This document shows, one piece after another, positions 40,753 to 49,981 of a stretch of DNA of 64,000 nt; position 1 is the first letter of the stretch; every line of letters begins with the position of its first letter. Below the pieces are notes generated by a model that had not been told where the DNA came from, ran no database searches, and saw only the letters and a list, made by a program, of their open reading frames with translations. The stretch spans positions 4,636 through 68,635 of the forward strand of contig JBFWIP010000002.1 of assembly GCA_050255935.1 (NCBI GenBank), read 5' to 3'. The position numbers were made by a program, and so were the translations under genes. Source of the DNA: Desulfobulbus sp. Its GTDB lineage: Bacteria; Desulfobacterota; Desulfobulbia; Desulfobulbales; Desulfobulbaceae.

Positions 40753-42581
40753 TCCGGCCTCACGATCAGATGGTCCATGATGTACTGTTTTCGTTCCGGA
40801 GTATTCTTGCCCATGTAGAATCTCAGTACCCGGCTGACCTCACTTAAGGAATCAAGCCGAACCTGCTTGATCCGCATATCCGAGTTGATGAACTGCTTGA
40901 ATTCCTTGGGCGAAATCTCTCCCAACCCTTTGAAGCGAGTGGTTTCAATGGATCGATCGGCCTTGCTTTTGGCTTTCAGGGTCTTGATGGCCTTATCCAT
41001 GTCGCTATCGGAGTAGCAGTAAATGGTCTGCTGTTTGTTACGGACACGGAAAATGGGCGTTTCAAGGATATAGACCCGCTCATGCTTGAGCAACTGTTCA
41101 AAATAGTGGAGGAAAAAGGTCAGGAGCAGATTGCGGATATGCAAACCGTCAACATCGGCATCGGTAGCGATAATCACTTTGTCGTAGCGGAGATCGCTGA
41201 TCGATTCTTCGATGTTGAGTGCCTGCATCAGCGAGTACATCTCTTCGTTTTTATAGAGCGCATCAAGCCGTTGGCCAAAGACGTTCATCGGCTTGCCCTT
41301 GAGGCTGAAAACAGCCTGAACCATGGGGTCACGGGCGCTGACGATCGATCCCGCAGCTGATTGGCCCTCGGTGATGAACAACATGTTTTCGCGACCGGCT
41401 TTGGAGGCCTGGCCGCGGACGGGGTGGTATTTACAGTCCTTGAGCTGGGGAATTTTGAAGGCGATCTTTTTGGCCTTGGCCTTGGCATCACGCCGCACCG
41501 ACTGCAACTCGCGCCGTACCCGTTCGTTGCGCTGGACCTTCTCGACCAGAACCTCGGCCGCCTCCGGGTATTTGTAGAGGTGGGTGGCCACAGCATCCTT
41601 AACCGCATTGACGATCCCGGCGCGAATATCGGTGTTGCCGAGTTTGTTCTTGGTCTGGGATTCAAATACCGGTTCCTGCACTTTAACAGCGAGGATGCCG
41701 ACTATGCCGTCACGGACATCCTGGCCGTTGAATTTTTTGCCGGTGAAATCATTGACCCCCTTGAGGATGCCTTCGCGAAACGCGGAGAGATGGGTGCCGC
41801 CCTCGCTGGTATACGTGCCGTTGACAAAGGAAAAGTAGGATTCGCCGTAGTCATCGGTGTGGGTGAAGGCGAATTCGATTGATTTGTCAAAGGAATGGAT
41901 CGGCGGGTACATGGAGTCGCTACTGACTTCATGGTCGAGCAGGTCGAGTAGACCGTTTTTCGAAAAGTAGACCGTGCCGTCGAGATTCAGTGTCAGTCCG
42001 GCATTGAGGTAGGCGTACCGCCAGAGCCGCTGATCCACATATTCGGGATCAAACCGATAGCCTGGAAAGCTTTCGATATCGGGAAGAAACTCCACCAGGG
42101 TGCCGTTTTTTTCCTTGGTTTCCCCTTCCTCTTCTGCGGAAAGAACACCCCGGATGAAAGTAGCGGTCTTGAACTGACCGTCGCGAAAAGCGGTGACCGT
42201 AAAGTGGGAGGAAAGAGCGTTGACCGCCTTGGTGCCCACACCGTTGAGGCCCACGGAGAATTGAAATACATCGGTGTTGTACTTGGCGCCGGTGTTGATT
42301 ATGGAGACGCACTCCACAACTTTACCCAACGGAATGCCGCGGCCGTAGTCGCGGATCTGGCAGAGTCCATTTTCGTCTATATGGATATCGACCCGCTTGC
42401 CGTGTCCCATAATGAACTCATCCACCGCGTTATCCATGATCTCCTTGAGCAGGATGTAAATTCCATCGTCCGGATGCGAGCCGTCGCCGAGACGGCCGAT
42501 GTACATGCCGGGCCGTTTGCGGATGTGTTCAAGCGAGCTCAGGGTCTTGATCTTGGATTCGTCGTACTGGTGTTCAGTCAT
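40749..42581 (-). CDS. parE: DNA topoisomerase IV subunit B
   Basis: IRKRPGMYIG, EIMDNAVDE, DYGRGIP, TOPRIM TEGQSA and TDADVDG, RFKGLGE. Confidence 0.87.
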   Translation of the reverse strand: MTEHQYDESKIKTLSSLEHIRKRPGMYIGRLGDGSHPDDGIYILLKEIMDNAVDEFIMGHGKRVDIHIDENGLCQIRDYGRGIPLGKVVECVSIINTGAKYNTDVFQFSVGLNGVGTKAVNALSSHFTVTAFRDGQFKTATFIRGVLSAEEEGETKEKNGTLVEFLPDIESFPGYRFDPEYVDQRLWRYAYLNAGLTLNLDGTVYFSKNGLLDLLDHEVSSDSMYPPIHSFDKSIEFAFTHTDDYGESYFSFVNGTYTSEGGTHLSAFREGILKGVNDFTGKKFNGQDVRDGIVGILAVKVQEPVFESQTKNKLGNTDIRAGIVNAVKDAVATHLYKYPEAAEVLVEKVQRNERVRRELQSVRRDAKAKAKKIAFKIPQLKDCKYHPVRGQASKAGRENMLFITEGQSAAGSIVSARDPMVQAVFSLKGKPMNVFGQRLDALYKNEEMYSLMQALNIEESISDLRYDKVIIATDADVDGLHIRNLLLTFFLHYFEQLLKHERVYILETPIFRVRNKQQTIYCYSDSDMDKAIKTLKAKSKADRSIETTRFKGLGEISPKEFKQFINSDMRIKQVRLDSLSEVSRVLRFYMGKNTPERKQYIMDHLIVRPE

Positions 42582-42775
42582 GGAGGGGAAGGTGTTGAGG
42601 TAAATGGGTTGGTAGGTTAGTAGCAGGTTCTTGTTGAAAGGTAAATGAGTCTTTTAAAATGAGTCTGGTCGGCTGCAAGACAGTAGGACGCGGGAGTGTC
42701 CCGGCTACGTTCCCACGCCGGAGCATAAGAACGGTCTTTTTTTATTGCTTTCGCTCTTTTGCAAAAAAAGCCCAC

Positions 42776-42985
42776 TCATTCCATCATATGCACCCGTTCA
42801 CAATCCGGGCAGATCCAGGTGGGGCCGTTGCTCATGCCCCATTTATTTTCCTCAAAGCATTCCGGGCAGATTTGAAATCCACAGGTACAGTTCCAGCAGA
42901 AGGGCTTTTCCGCTTTGCAACAGTGGCATCGAAATTCTTTTTTCCGTCGGCGCTCACGTTTGGGGCGTGTTTGCTTAGTGTCCAT
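42776..42985 (-). CDS. Small Cys-rich zinc-finger protein (C4C4 RING-like)
   Basis: 69 aa with 10 Cys: CHCC..CWNCTCGFQICPEC..WICPDC. ATG overlaps the cutA stop (TGATG), with GGAG upstream. Confidence 0.75.
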   Translation of the reverse strand: MDTKQTRPKRERRRKKEFRCHCCKAEKPFCWNCTCGFQICPECFEENKWGMSNGPTWICPDCERVHMME

Positions 42986-43317
42986 CAATCGTTCTCCTTG
43001 GCAGGCCGTAATTCTTTCTCAAGCCAATCCAAATAAGAAGCTCCACCATCCACCACCGGGGAGGCCAGGATCTCGGGCACCTCGTAGGGATGCATGGCCC
43101 GGATGGCCCTGCAGAGTTCAGGAAAGAGGTCACGGCGTGATTTAATGGTGCAGACCATCTCGCCACTCTGTTCGATTGCTCCCCGCCATCGATACCAGGA
43201 CGTGCAGGGGCTGATCTGGACACAGGCCGCCAGTTGCGTCTCGAGAAGATGGGCGGCCAATTTTTCCGCTCCAGGCTGATCGGGGAGGGTGGTCATAACC
43301 TGAATATAAGGTGTCAT
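42985..43317 (-). CDS. cutA: Divalent-cation tolerance protein CutA
   Basis: LAACVQI, SWYRWRG, HPYEVPEI, YLDWL. AAGGAG SD before ATG 43317. Confidence 0.93.
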   Translation of the reverse strand: MTPYIQVMTTLPDQPGAEKLAAHLLETQLAACVQISPCTSWYRWRGAIEQSGEMVCTIKSRRDLFPELCRAIRAMHPYEVPEILASPVVDGGASYLDWLEKELRPAKEND

Positions 43318-43489
43318 GGCGAACTCCTTGGGTAAGCACCATTGAGAAACCAGCTCGGGCTGGAATATTTTTGGAAAGTGGACTATCTTACCAACGCTTT
43401 TCAAAAAATCAAACCACAGCGTATTCTCTTTAAACCAGCTTGCAAAATATGGTTTTTCAGGCTGGCCTTCAACTCAAACAGGTGATTTT

Positions 43490-44290
43490 ATGCTCTTCGC
43501 GGTCGATGTCGGAAATTCCCATACTGTGAGTGGTATTTTTGAAAAAGGCCAGTTGATAGGGAGTTGGCGTTTACAGTCGCGCCAGGACCGGACTGCAGAT
43601 GAGCTAGCCATCCGCTATCACGGCCTGTTTCAGATGGTTGGAGTCAATCCAGGCCGTATCACGGGCTTCATCATCTCCTCCGTGGTTCCGACCCTGGAAT
43701 CCAGCTGGCTTCAATTTGCCCGCAGCTATTTAACCAAGTTACGCCAGCCGCCTCTGGCCGTGACCCACAATTTGAAGCTCGGAATGAAGGTGGCCACCGA
43801 AAATCCTTCCGAGGTTGGGGCTGATCGTATCGTCAACGCGGTTGCCGCATGGGAGCTTTTTCACACCCCGCTGATCGTGATCGATTTCGGCACCGCCATA
43901 ACCTTTGACTGCGTCAATGGCGAGCCCGCCTATGTGGGGGGGACCATTCATCCTGGTATCGGTATCTCTTTGGACGCACTTGCCACCCGCACCGCCAAAC
44001 TCCCTCGGCTTGATATCGATGTCACCCCGGATCACCCTATCGGTACAACCACGGTCAAGGCGATTCACTCCGGTGCCCTGTATGGATTCGGCGGTCTGGT
44101 TGACCGCATGGTGGAGGTGTTGAGCAAACAGCTCACCCCAAATCAAGAGCGGGCCAAAACCATTGCCACCGGTGGCATGGCCGGACTGATCAAACCCTAC
44201 ACCAACACTATTGATGCGATCGATCAGCAACTGACCCTGACCGGTCTGCAACTGATTTACCGCCTGAACTGTAAGGGGAAAGATGCTTGA
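43490..44290 (+). CDS. coaX: Type III pantothenate kinase
   Basis: AVDVGNS, SSVVP, VGADRIVN, VIDFGTA, ATGG, LTLTGL. Confidence 0.94.
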   Translation: MLFAVDVGNSHTVSGIFEKGQLIGSWRLQSRQDRTADELAIRYHGLFQMVGVNPGRITGFIISSVVPTLESSWLQFARSYLTKLRQPPLAVTHNLKLGMKVATENPSEVGADRIVNAVAAWELFHTPLIVIDFGTAITFDCVNGEPAYVGGTIHPGIGISLDALATRTAKLPRLDIDVTPDHPIGTTTVKAIHSGALYGFGGLVDRMVEVLSKQLTPNQERAKTIATGGMAGLIKPYTNTIDAIDQQLTLTGLQLIYRLNCKGKDA

Positions 44291-45218
44291 ACAACCGACC
44301 CGTCCCCCCTGGCTGAGACGCGGCGATACCATCGGTCTCTTCTGCCCGGCGGGCCCGGTACGAGATCCGTCCTCGTTGCAGGCCGCTATCAAGCGAACGC
44401 AGGATCTGGGGTTTAAGGTCAAGCTTTGTGGGCCGGTTGAGCTTGTAGGGGGCTACATCGCCGCAGATGATAGCCAGCGTGCCGCCAATCTTCATGCACT
44501 GTGGGATGATGAAACCGTGAAGGCTATTTGGGCCATTCGCGGTGGATTTGGCTGCCTGCGTATGGTGGAAATGCTTGATTGGGAACTCTTTCGCCGTTTT
44601 CCCAAATGGTTGGTCGGGTTCAGCGATGTCACCATTTTGCTTCAGGGATTGCGTGAACGATCCAACCTGGTTTCGATCCACGGTCCGGTGGCCAGTTCGT
44701 TTATGCGCAGCGATGAGACCAGCCAACATTCGCTCTTTGCTCTTTTGACCGGAGATTACGAGGAACGATTGAAGCCCAAGGGATTGGAGGTTTTGCGAGG
44801 CGGCAACAGCTGCGGTCGTCTTATAGGCGGTAACCTGACCACCCTGGTGCACCTGTTGGCCACGCCCTGGGATTGTAGCTGGGAGGGAAAAGTCCTCCTT
44901 TTGGAAGATACCAATGAACCGCTCTATCGGCTGGATCGGATGCTGACCCAGCTGGCTTTGAGCGGCAAGCTTGAACATCTGGGCGGCATGATTCTGGGCG
45001 AGTTTGATCAGGGCGATGATCGTCTGACCAATCTGCGTCTGCAGGAGGCGCTCTGGTCACGGGTGATGGAACTGGTCGGCCCGGGCTATCCGGTCTGGAG
45101 TGGTTTCCCGGTGGGGCATCGGCAGCAGAATCTGGCTTTGCCGCTGGGCATGGAGGTCGAGATGGAATCATCCAGCGGTAGTCTCCACCTGCTTTCCGCT
45201 TCGGTAACATCTGCTTGA
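44283..45218 (+). CDS. ldcA: LD-carboxypeptidase, S66 family
   Basis: RGGFG; Ser in GFSDVT, Glu in LLEDTNE, His in FPVGH; GGNL. Confidence 0.9.
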   Translation: MLEQPTRPPWLRRGDTIGLFCPAGPVRDPSSLQAAIKRTQDLGFKVKLCGPVELVGGYIAADDSQRAANLHALWDDETVKAIWAIRGGFGCLRMVEMLDWELFRRFPKWLVGFSDVTILLQGLRERSNLVSIHGPVASSFMRSDETSQHSLFALLTGDYEERLKPKGLEVLRGGNSCGRLIGGNLTTLVHLLATPWDCSWEGKVLLLEDTNEPLYRLDRMLTQLALSGKLEHLGGMILGEFDQGDDRLTNLRLQEALWSRVMELVGPGYPVWSGFPVGHRQQNLALPLGMEVEMESSSGSLHLLSASVTSA

Positions 45219-45241
45219 GGGCTTAAACGGGAAGAAATCCG

Positions 45242-45895
45242 ATGCTGAAACGATACTTCCTCAGCTTACTTTGCCTGCCACTATTGCCGGCCATCTTTGT
45301 GCTGTTGCTCTCTCCCTTGCTTGCTATGCGTCGAAGTGTGCCTTCGCCGTATTATGAGCAGCTTGTCTGCCTCTGGGGGGCATTTGCCCTGTTACTGATG
45401 ATCATCATCGGTAATAACCTGGTTAAAAAAATATGGTTTTTTCCCGGGTCCGATAAACTTTCTTCTGAAAAGCAGTTACGCGACGCTCTCCTTGATGTCA
45501 ACACGTTGGCCTGCCCGGTTACAGCTCACGCTAAACGCAAAAAAATCATTTTCACCTGGCGGTATAACGAGTTGCAGTGGTGTGGAACGTTCAGCCGTTT
45601 GGGCGTGGAACAACTCTACGAACTACACTGCCGCATTGATGCCGACAGGCGGACGGTCTACCTGGTGGACCGCATTCGCCGGGTCGATTTTCTCGTCTGT
45701 CCGGACCAGGTCAAAACCGGTTTTGCCCGCATCTGTCTGCCCTTGCTCCGAGCCCGCAGCAAAAGCCTGGAAACTATCAATCAGTATGCCTCTATTGAAG
45801 CGCACGAGTACGATTTCTCTCCCCGAGAGATCAAGGCCCCGGTTCTTGGAACCATTCTTGCCTGTGGATGGAATGTTCGCTTTAGCCTGTTTTGA
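45242..45895 (+). CDS. Hypothetical membrane protein (two N-terminal TM helices)
   Basis: 217-aa ORF filling the gap, co-oriented with ldcA. Confidence 0.7.
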   Translation: MLKRYFLSLLCLPLLPAIFVLLLSPLLAMRRSVPSPYYEQLVCLWGAFALLLMIIIGNNLVKKIWFFPGSDKLSSEKQLRDALLDVNTLACPVTAHAKRKKIIFTWRYNELQWCGTFSRLGVEQLYELHCRIDADRRTVYLVDRIRRVDFLVCPDQVKTGFARICLPLLRARSKSLETINQYASIEAHEYDFSPREIKAPVLGTILACGWNVRFSLF

Positions 45896-45996
45896 ATTTT
45901 TTGCAGGTTAAATTGTTGTGTTAAAACAGTGGAATAGTTTTTTGAGTGAGGTCGGATGCGGCGAAGGCGCAGGGAGAAGTCTGTTTGCAGCGTGCA

Positions 45997-46863
45997 TTAT
46001 TGCTCTGCGGCAAAAAGATACCCGGTGCCGCGCACGGTTTTAATCATGGCCGCGAGATTGGGGTAGGGGGCAATTTTGCAACGGATCCGAGCAATATACA
46101 TGTCAATAGAACGATCGTAACCATTGTACTCGATACCAAAAACAGCCCGGTAGAGATGGTCCCGGTCCAGAGTGGTGCAGGCATTTTTTGCTAGATACCA
46201 GAGGAGATCGAACTCGCGCGAGGTAAAGGGAATTTCTTCGCCGAGATAAGTGGCCCGCCGCAAACCCTGATTGATTTCCAACCCGTTAAAGAGAAGTGTG
46301 GCGGGTGCTGATCGTTGCTGGTTGCGCCGGAACAGAGCCCGGATGCGTGCCGCTATCAGCAGGTGATTCACTGGTTTGACTAAAAGGTCATCCACCCCCT
46401 GCTCATACAGCAGTACCTGCAGCATTTCATCGATATCGTCAATGAGAAGCATCAACAGGCCGGTATAGATCGATCGGATTTTTGGTAGGCTGGAGAGCTC
46501 ATCCAGAGAAAAACGCCCTGAATCAAGGATTATCAGTTGCGTTTCCCGTGGAGGCATTTCAGCTAGATAGTTATTTTTTTTGTGTGAAAGACGAATCGAA
46601 AAATCCTCCTTGTCCAGAGACGCAAGCAACGCCTTGTTGGCCTGTTCATCTTCGGTGAGAAACAGGATAGACTTGTTTGACTCTTTGGCCGGAGGTGGGG
46701 CGGATATGGTTCGGGTAAATGTTCTGCTTGCTGTATTGCTCTCATGTTGGGGGATGCAAACGCTCGACATTGGTGCTTCCACAGGCAAAAGAACTCTCTT
46801 CTCTCTCGTTGCTAGGGACTTTTTCTTTGTCAAGAGAGAGCTAAGAAGAGAAGGGATATGCAA
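45997..46863 (-). CDS. Orphan OmpR-family response regulator with atypical receiver
   Basis: Winged-helix FTSREFDLLW, DRSIDMYIARIR, KTVRGTGY; receiver IILD..GVDDLLVKP. Start may be ATG 46770. Confidence 0.85.
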   Translation of the reverse strand: MHIPSLLSSLLTKKKSLATREKRVLLPVEAPMSSVCIPQHESNTASRTFTRTISAPPPAKESNKSILFLTEDEQANKALLASLDKEDFSIRLSHKKNNYLAEMPPRETQLIILDSGRFSLDELSSLPKIRSIYTGLLMLLIDDIDEMLQVLLYEQGVDDLLVKPVNHLLIAARIRALFRRNQQRSAPATLLFNGLEINQGLRRATYLGEEIPFTSREFDLLWYLAKNACTTLDRDHLYRAVFGIEYNGYDRSIDMYIARIRCKIAPYPNLAAMIKTVRGTGYLFAAEQ

Positions 46864-47321
46864 ATAGAGTCAGTTGAAGCCAGGATGTTGCTTCTGATTC
46901 ACTTAATACATCATACGGTATCCTTCCGTGACTCTCTGTAAAGAGTCCGTTAACCTGTGCAAAATTTCGTTACATTTTAAAGCCTCTTTCTCGGATGATC
47001 GGCTTGAAATCGCATATAATTAGCGAGATAAAATGTAAACACTGTGTGGTGAACTGAAAAAAAACATCGGTGACGGCACCACATTGAGCGGTCTGTGGGC
47101 GTAAAAAAGGCAAAGTGCTCTTGTCGTTTTCGTAAAAAGAAAATCGAGAACGACAAGAGCACTTTGCCTGTAGTCACAACTTTTCCCATCAAGAGGAGCT
47201 GTTGATGGTCTCGAAAAAAGTCGAAAACTAAACATATGTATACACTATGTAGCCATACAACACACGTAAGGCTACTGAATATTGAGTACAGATCTTCGTA
47301 TCGAGACTTTTTACGACTTTG

Positions 47322-48623
47322 TCAGCTATTATAACTTTCGAAAAAACTGGTGATGTAATCGCCGGTTGAATTGAGTGAACTGATCAATTCTTCCATCGCC
47401 GCAAACTGTGATTCCAACAGTTCCTGCCGTTTTTCCAGCCGGGTTTCCATGGCGGTTATATTATCTTCAAGGCGAGACGTCTCTTCATCGATTTTGTTGG
47501 TTTTCGTGGCCAGAAACCCTTCGGTGGAACTCATTTGGTCGGTCATGTAATCATCGAGTCGGTTCATGATGCCGTCGCTGCCGTCATCGCCGAATAGAGC
47601 GGTGATCATACTCTTCGAATCCGCAGCATAGGCTTCGCTGAAGGCGTCGGTATCAAAGGACAGTTCACCGGATTTCCAGTCGGTTTTAATACCTGCGTTG
47701 ACCAGGGCGTCGCTGGTGAGATAACTGTTCAGGCTGCGTTGCACTGATTTTAAGGTACTACCGAGGGTGGGGTCGCTACTGTAGACAGTATCAACGTATT
47801 CGTCGATGGCATTATAGGCATCCACCAGCTCCTGGAGCTGGGTGGTGATGACGTTTTCCGCATCCGATTTTATAGTTACTTTGCCGGTGTTACCATCACT
47901 GGAGTCGATGAGGGTCAGTGTGGCCCCCTTGATGGCCGATGTGATGGTGTTGGATGAGCTGTAATAACTGATACCGTCAATCACAGCCTCAGCTTTGGTC
48001 CCGTCGACCGTATGTCCATCGCTGGTGGTATCCACAGTGATGTCACCGGTACCCACGATATCGATTTCTTCACCGGCTGTATCTGCTGTCAGCATTAAGC
48101 GGTAACCACTGCCGGACCCGTCATTGACCATAGATGCGGTTACCCCATATTCGCCATCATTAATCTGTGACACCAAGTCCTCCAGCGTGTCCCCATCGTA
48201 ACTGAGGGTTGCTTCGCCTATTTGCAATTCGCCGCTCAAGGTCGTCGTATCGGTGTCAGCGACATAATTGGTGCTGATGTCTTTTTGTTGCTGCGCCAGG
48301 CTGACCACTTCAATCGAATAAGAGCCTTCACTGGCGAGGCTGGTCGTGGTGAGAGAATAATAGTCTGGTCCGGTATTGGTGACGGCAAAGGATTTGACGT
48401 CGTTTTCACTGTTGAGTGAAAGGACGGAGGAATAGAAGGTATCCAGTAGGGTATTGAAATCGTCATAGGTACTCTGCTTGGTTTCCAGGTAGGTGATCTT
48501 GTCTTCAAGCAGGGTTATGGGGGCTCTTTCAACCTCGATCAGGGATTCGACGATCGAGTCGGTATCAATCCCACTGGCAAGACCGGAGAATGAAACTGTC
48601 CCGGATGAACTGATTGTTGTCAT
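47322..48623 (-). CDS. fliD: Flagellar filament cap protein
   Basis: FSGLASGIDTDSIVESL, GSYSIEVVSLAQ, YRLMLTA..TG, and C-terminal RLE..QFAAME..ISSLNS. AAGGAGG SD. Confidence 0.92.
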   Translation of the reverse strand: MTTISSSGTVSFSGLASGIDTDSIVESLIEVERAPITLLEDKITYLETKQSTYDDFNTLLDTFYSSVLSLNSENDVKSFAVTNTGPDYYSLTTTSLASEGSYSIEVVSLAQQQKDISTNYVADTDTTTLSGELQIGEATLSYDGDTLEDLVSQINDGEYGVTASMVNDGSGSGYRLMLTADTAGEEIDIVGTGDITVDTTSDGHTVDGTKAEAVIDGISYYSSSNTITSAIKGATLTLIDSSDGNTGKVTIKSDAENVITTQLQELVDAYNAIDEYVDTVYSSDPTLGSTLKSVQRSLNSYLTSDALVNAGIKTDWKSGELSFDTDAFSEAYAADSKSMITALFGDDGSDGIMNRLDDYMTDQMSSTEGFLATKTNKIDEETSRLEDNITAMETRLEKRQELLESQFAAMEELISSLNSTGDYITSFFESYNS

Positions 48624-48680
48624 GGCAACTGCCTCCTTACACTTTGATTGCCTTTGGCGATAGACGGTTCTTTGATAGGA

Positions 48681-48708
48681 TTATCGCCTGGGTTGAGCAA
48701 TAAAATTA
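48681..48708 (-). promoter_or_regulatory. Possible sigma28 promoter of fliD
   Basis: Minus strand TAAT-N16-GGCGATAA against consensus TAAA-N15-GCCGATAA. Confidence 0.35.
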
Positions 48709-49014
48709 TGTGAAAACAGTTGGTTGAGTATGAGTTTGGTTATGTTCGTGTCTGCCTAGTGTAAAAAATGTAACTTTTGGTAACGTGAGAAGGGAAAGGT
48801 CGATGGTAGGCCGTTGGGTTATCAGGAACGAAACGAGCGTATGCAAGAAAAGATGGTAAACAATTTCGGGGATAGCTCAGCGTGCCTTTTCAGAAGGCGC
48901 GCAACTAAGCCGCCCTTTGGGCGGAGTTTCGGTCGCCGTTTACTTTCCTGCCGAGTTTGAGCCGATAAAACCCATGTTTGGCTGGGGAAAAACAATTTTA
49001 TGAAATATTCATGC

Positions 49015-49305
49015 GTCTGAATGGCAAGAAGAACGCCCGAGTATTATCATTAATATAATTTTCTCGAGTACTGGGAGGTGGTAACCAAGGGCTAGGAAGT
49101 GGTTATCCTTAACGGCTTCAGCTGGGTGAGTGATCTTGAGATCACCCCGGATAACGTTATGGAAATCATGCGTTGCGGTCGAGCCTGTTGGTGGATCGAG
49201 AGCGAGACCTTCGACACCCGCATAAAACAAACTGGGGTACAACCTTGGCCACAATTACGGCCTGGGCAATAAGCACTTGAGTGCGGTCTTTATGCATCTA
49301 TGTTT
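49015..49305 (+). pseudogene. Degenerate DDE transposase fragment (ISNCY/IS4-like)
   Basis: Frame from 49057 reads NFLEYWE..*..FSWVSDLEITPDNVMEIMRCGRACWWIESETFDT, then frameshifts to GYNLGHNYGLGNKHLSAVF. This matches the transposase motif GRxRWxIENETFNTLKNxGYxxxHNYGHG. Confidence 0.75.
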
Positions 49306-49361
49306 CATCTACATAATATTCGTTGATATCAATACGTATTCTATTCAAAAGGTGGAGAGAC

Positions 49362-49859
49362 ATGAAAAAAAGAATTGCGATTTTTCTCGGATGTTTCATT
49401 CTTTGTGGGGCCGGTATCGTTAAAGCAGAAGCCCCGGTACAGCCCAAATGGATCAATTCTCCTGTTAACGAGTGGGTTTCGAAAGCTCGAAAAGAGACGA
49501 AACAAATTTCAGTTGCCGACCTTAAGGCGGCAATGGATCATGATGAGGATATGATCATCCTTGATGTACGAGAGCCCAATGAATACAACGTCGCGCATAT
49601 TCCTGATTCAATCAATATCCCCCGGGGACTCCTTGAGTTTTCTATTTGGTCAGTCGCTCCCGATAAAAAAGAAACAATATTCGTTTATTGCAAAACCGGT
49701 GCGAGAGCTGCTCTGGCCACCAAAGCATTGAACGAGTTGGGGTATGAGAACGCATTTGCAATAAGCACAGGTGCTGATGCTTGGATGAAGGCGGGGTACC
49801 CGGTTAAAACTTCCATTTCTGACGAACAATTTTTTATTGTTCCCGCAGTAGAAAAATAA
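49362..49859 (+). CDS. Exported single-domain rhodanese (sulfurtransferase)
   Basis: Sec signal MKKRIAIFLG...VKA; LDVREPNEY, HIP..INIPRG, active loop CKTGAR, W..AGYP. Confidence 0.88.
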   Translation: MKKRIAIFLGCFILCGAGIVKAEAPVQPKWINSPVNEWVSKARKETKQISVADLKAAMDHDEDMIILDVREPNEYNVAHIPDSINIPRGLLEFSIWSVAPDKKETIFVYCKTGARAALATKALNELGYENAFAISTGADAWMKAGYPVKTSISDEQFFIVPAVEK

Positions 49860-49981
49860 CTCCTTTCCGCCCTGGCTATACCAACTACTGCCGCCTTAAG
49901 TGCTCAAGCTGGCACCGAGGGGTAGTATTTTCTTCTGCATTTTTTTCGATCAGCAGCACTTCTTTTTAAGCAGGTCTTGAT

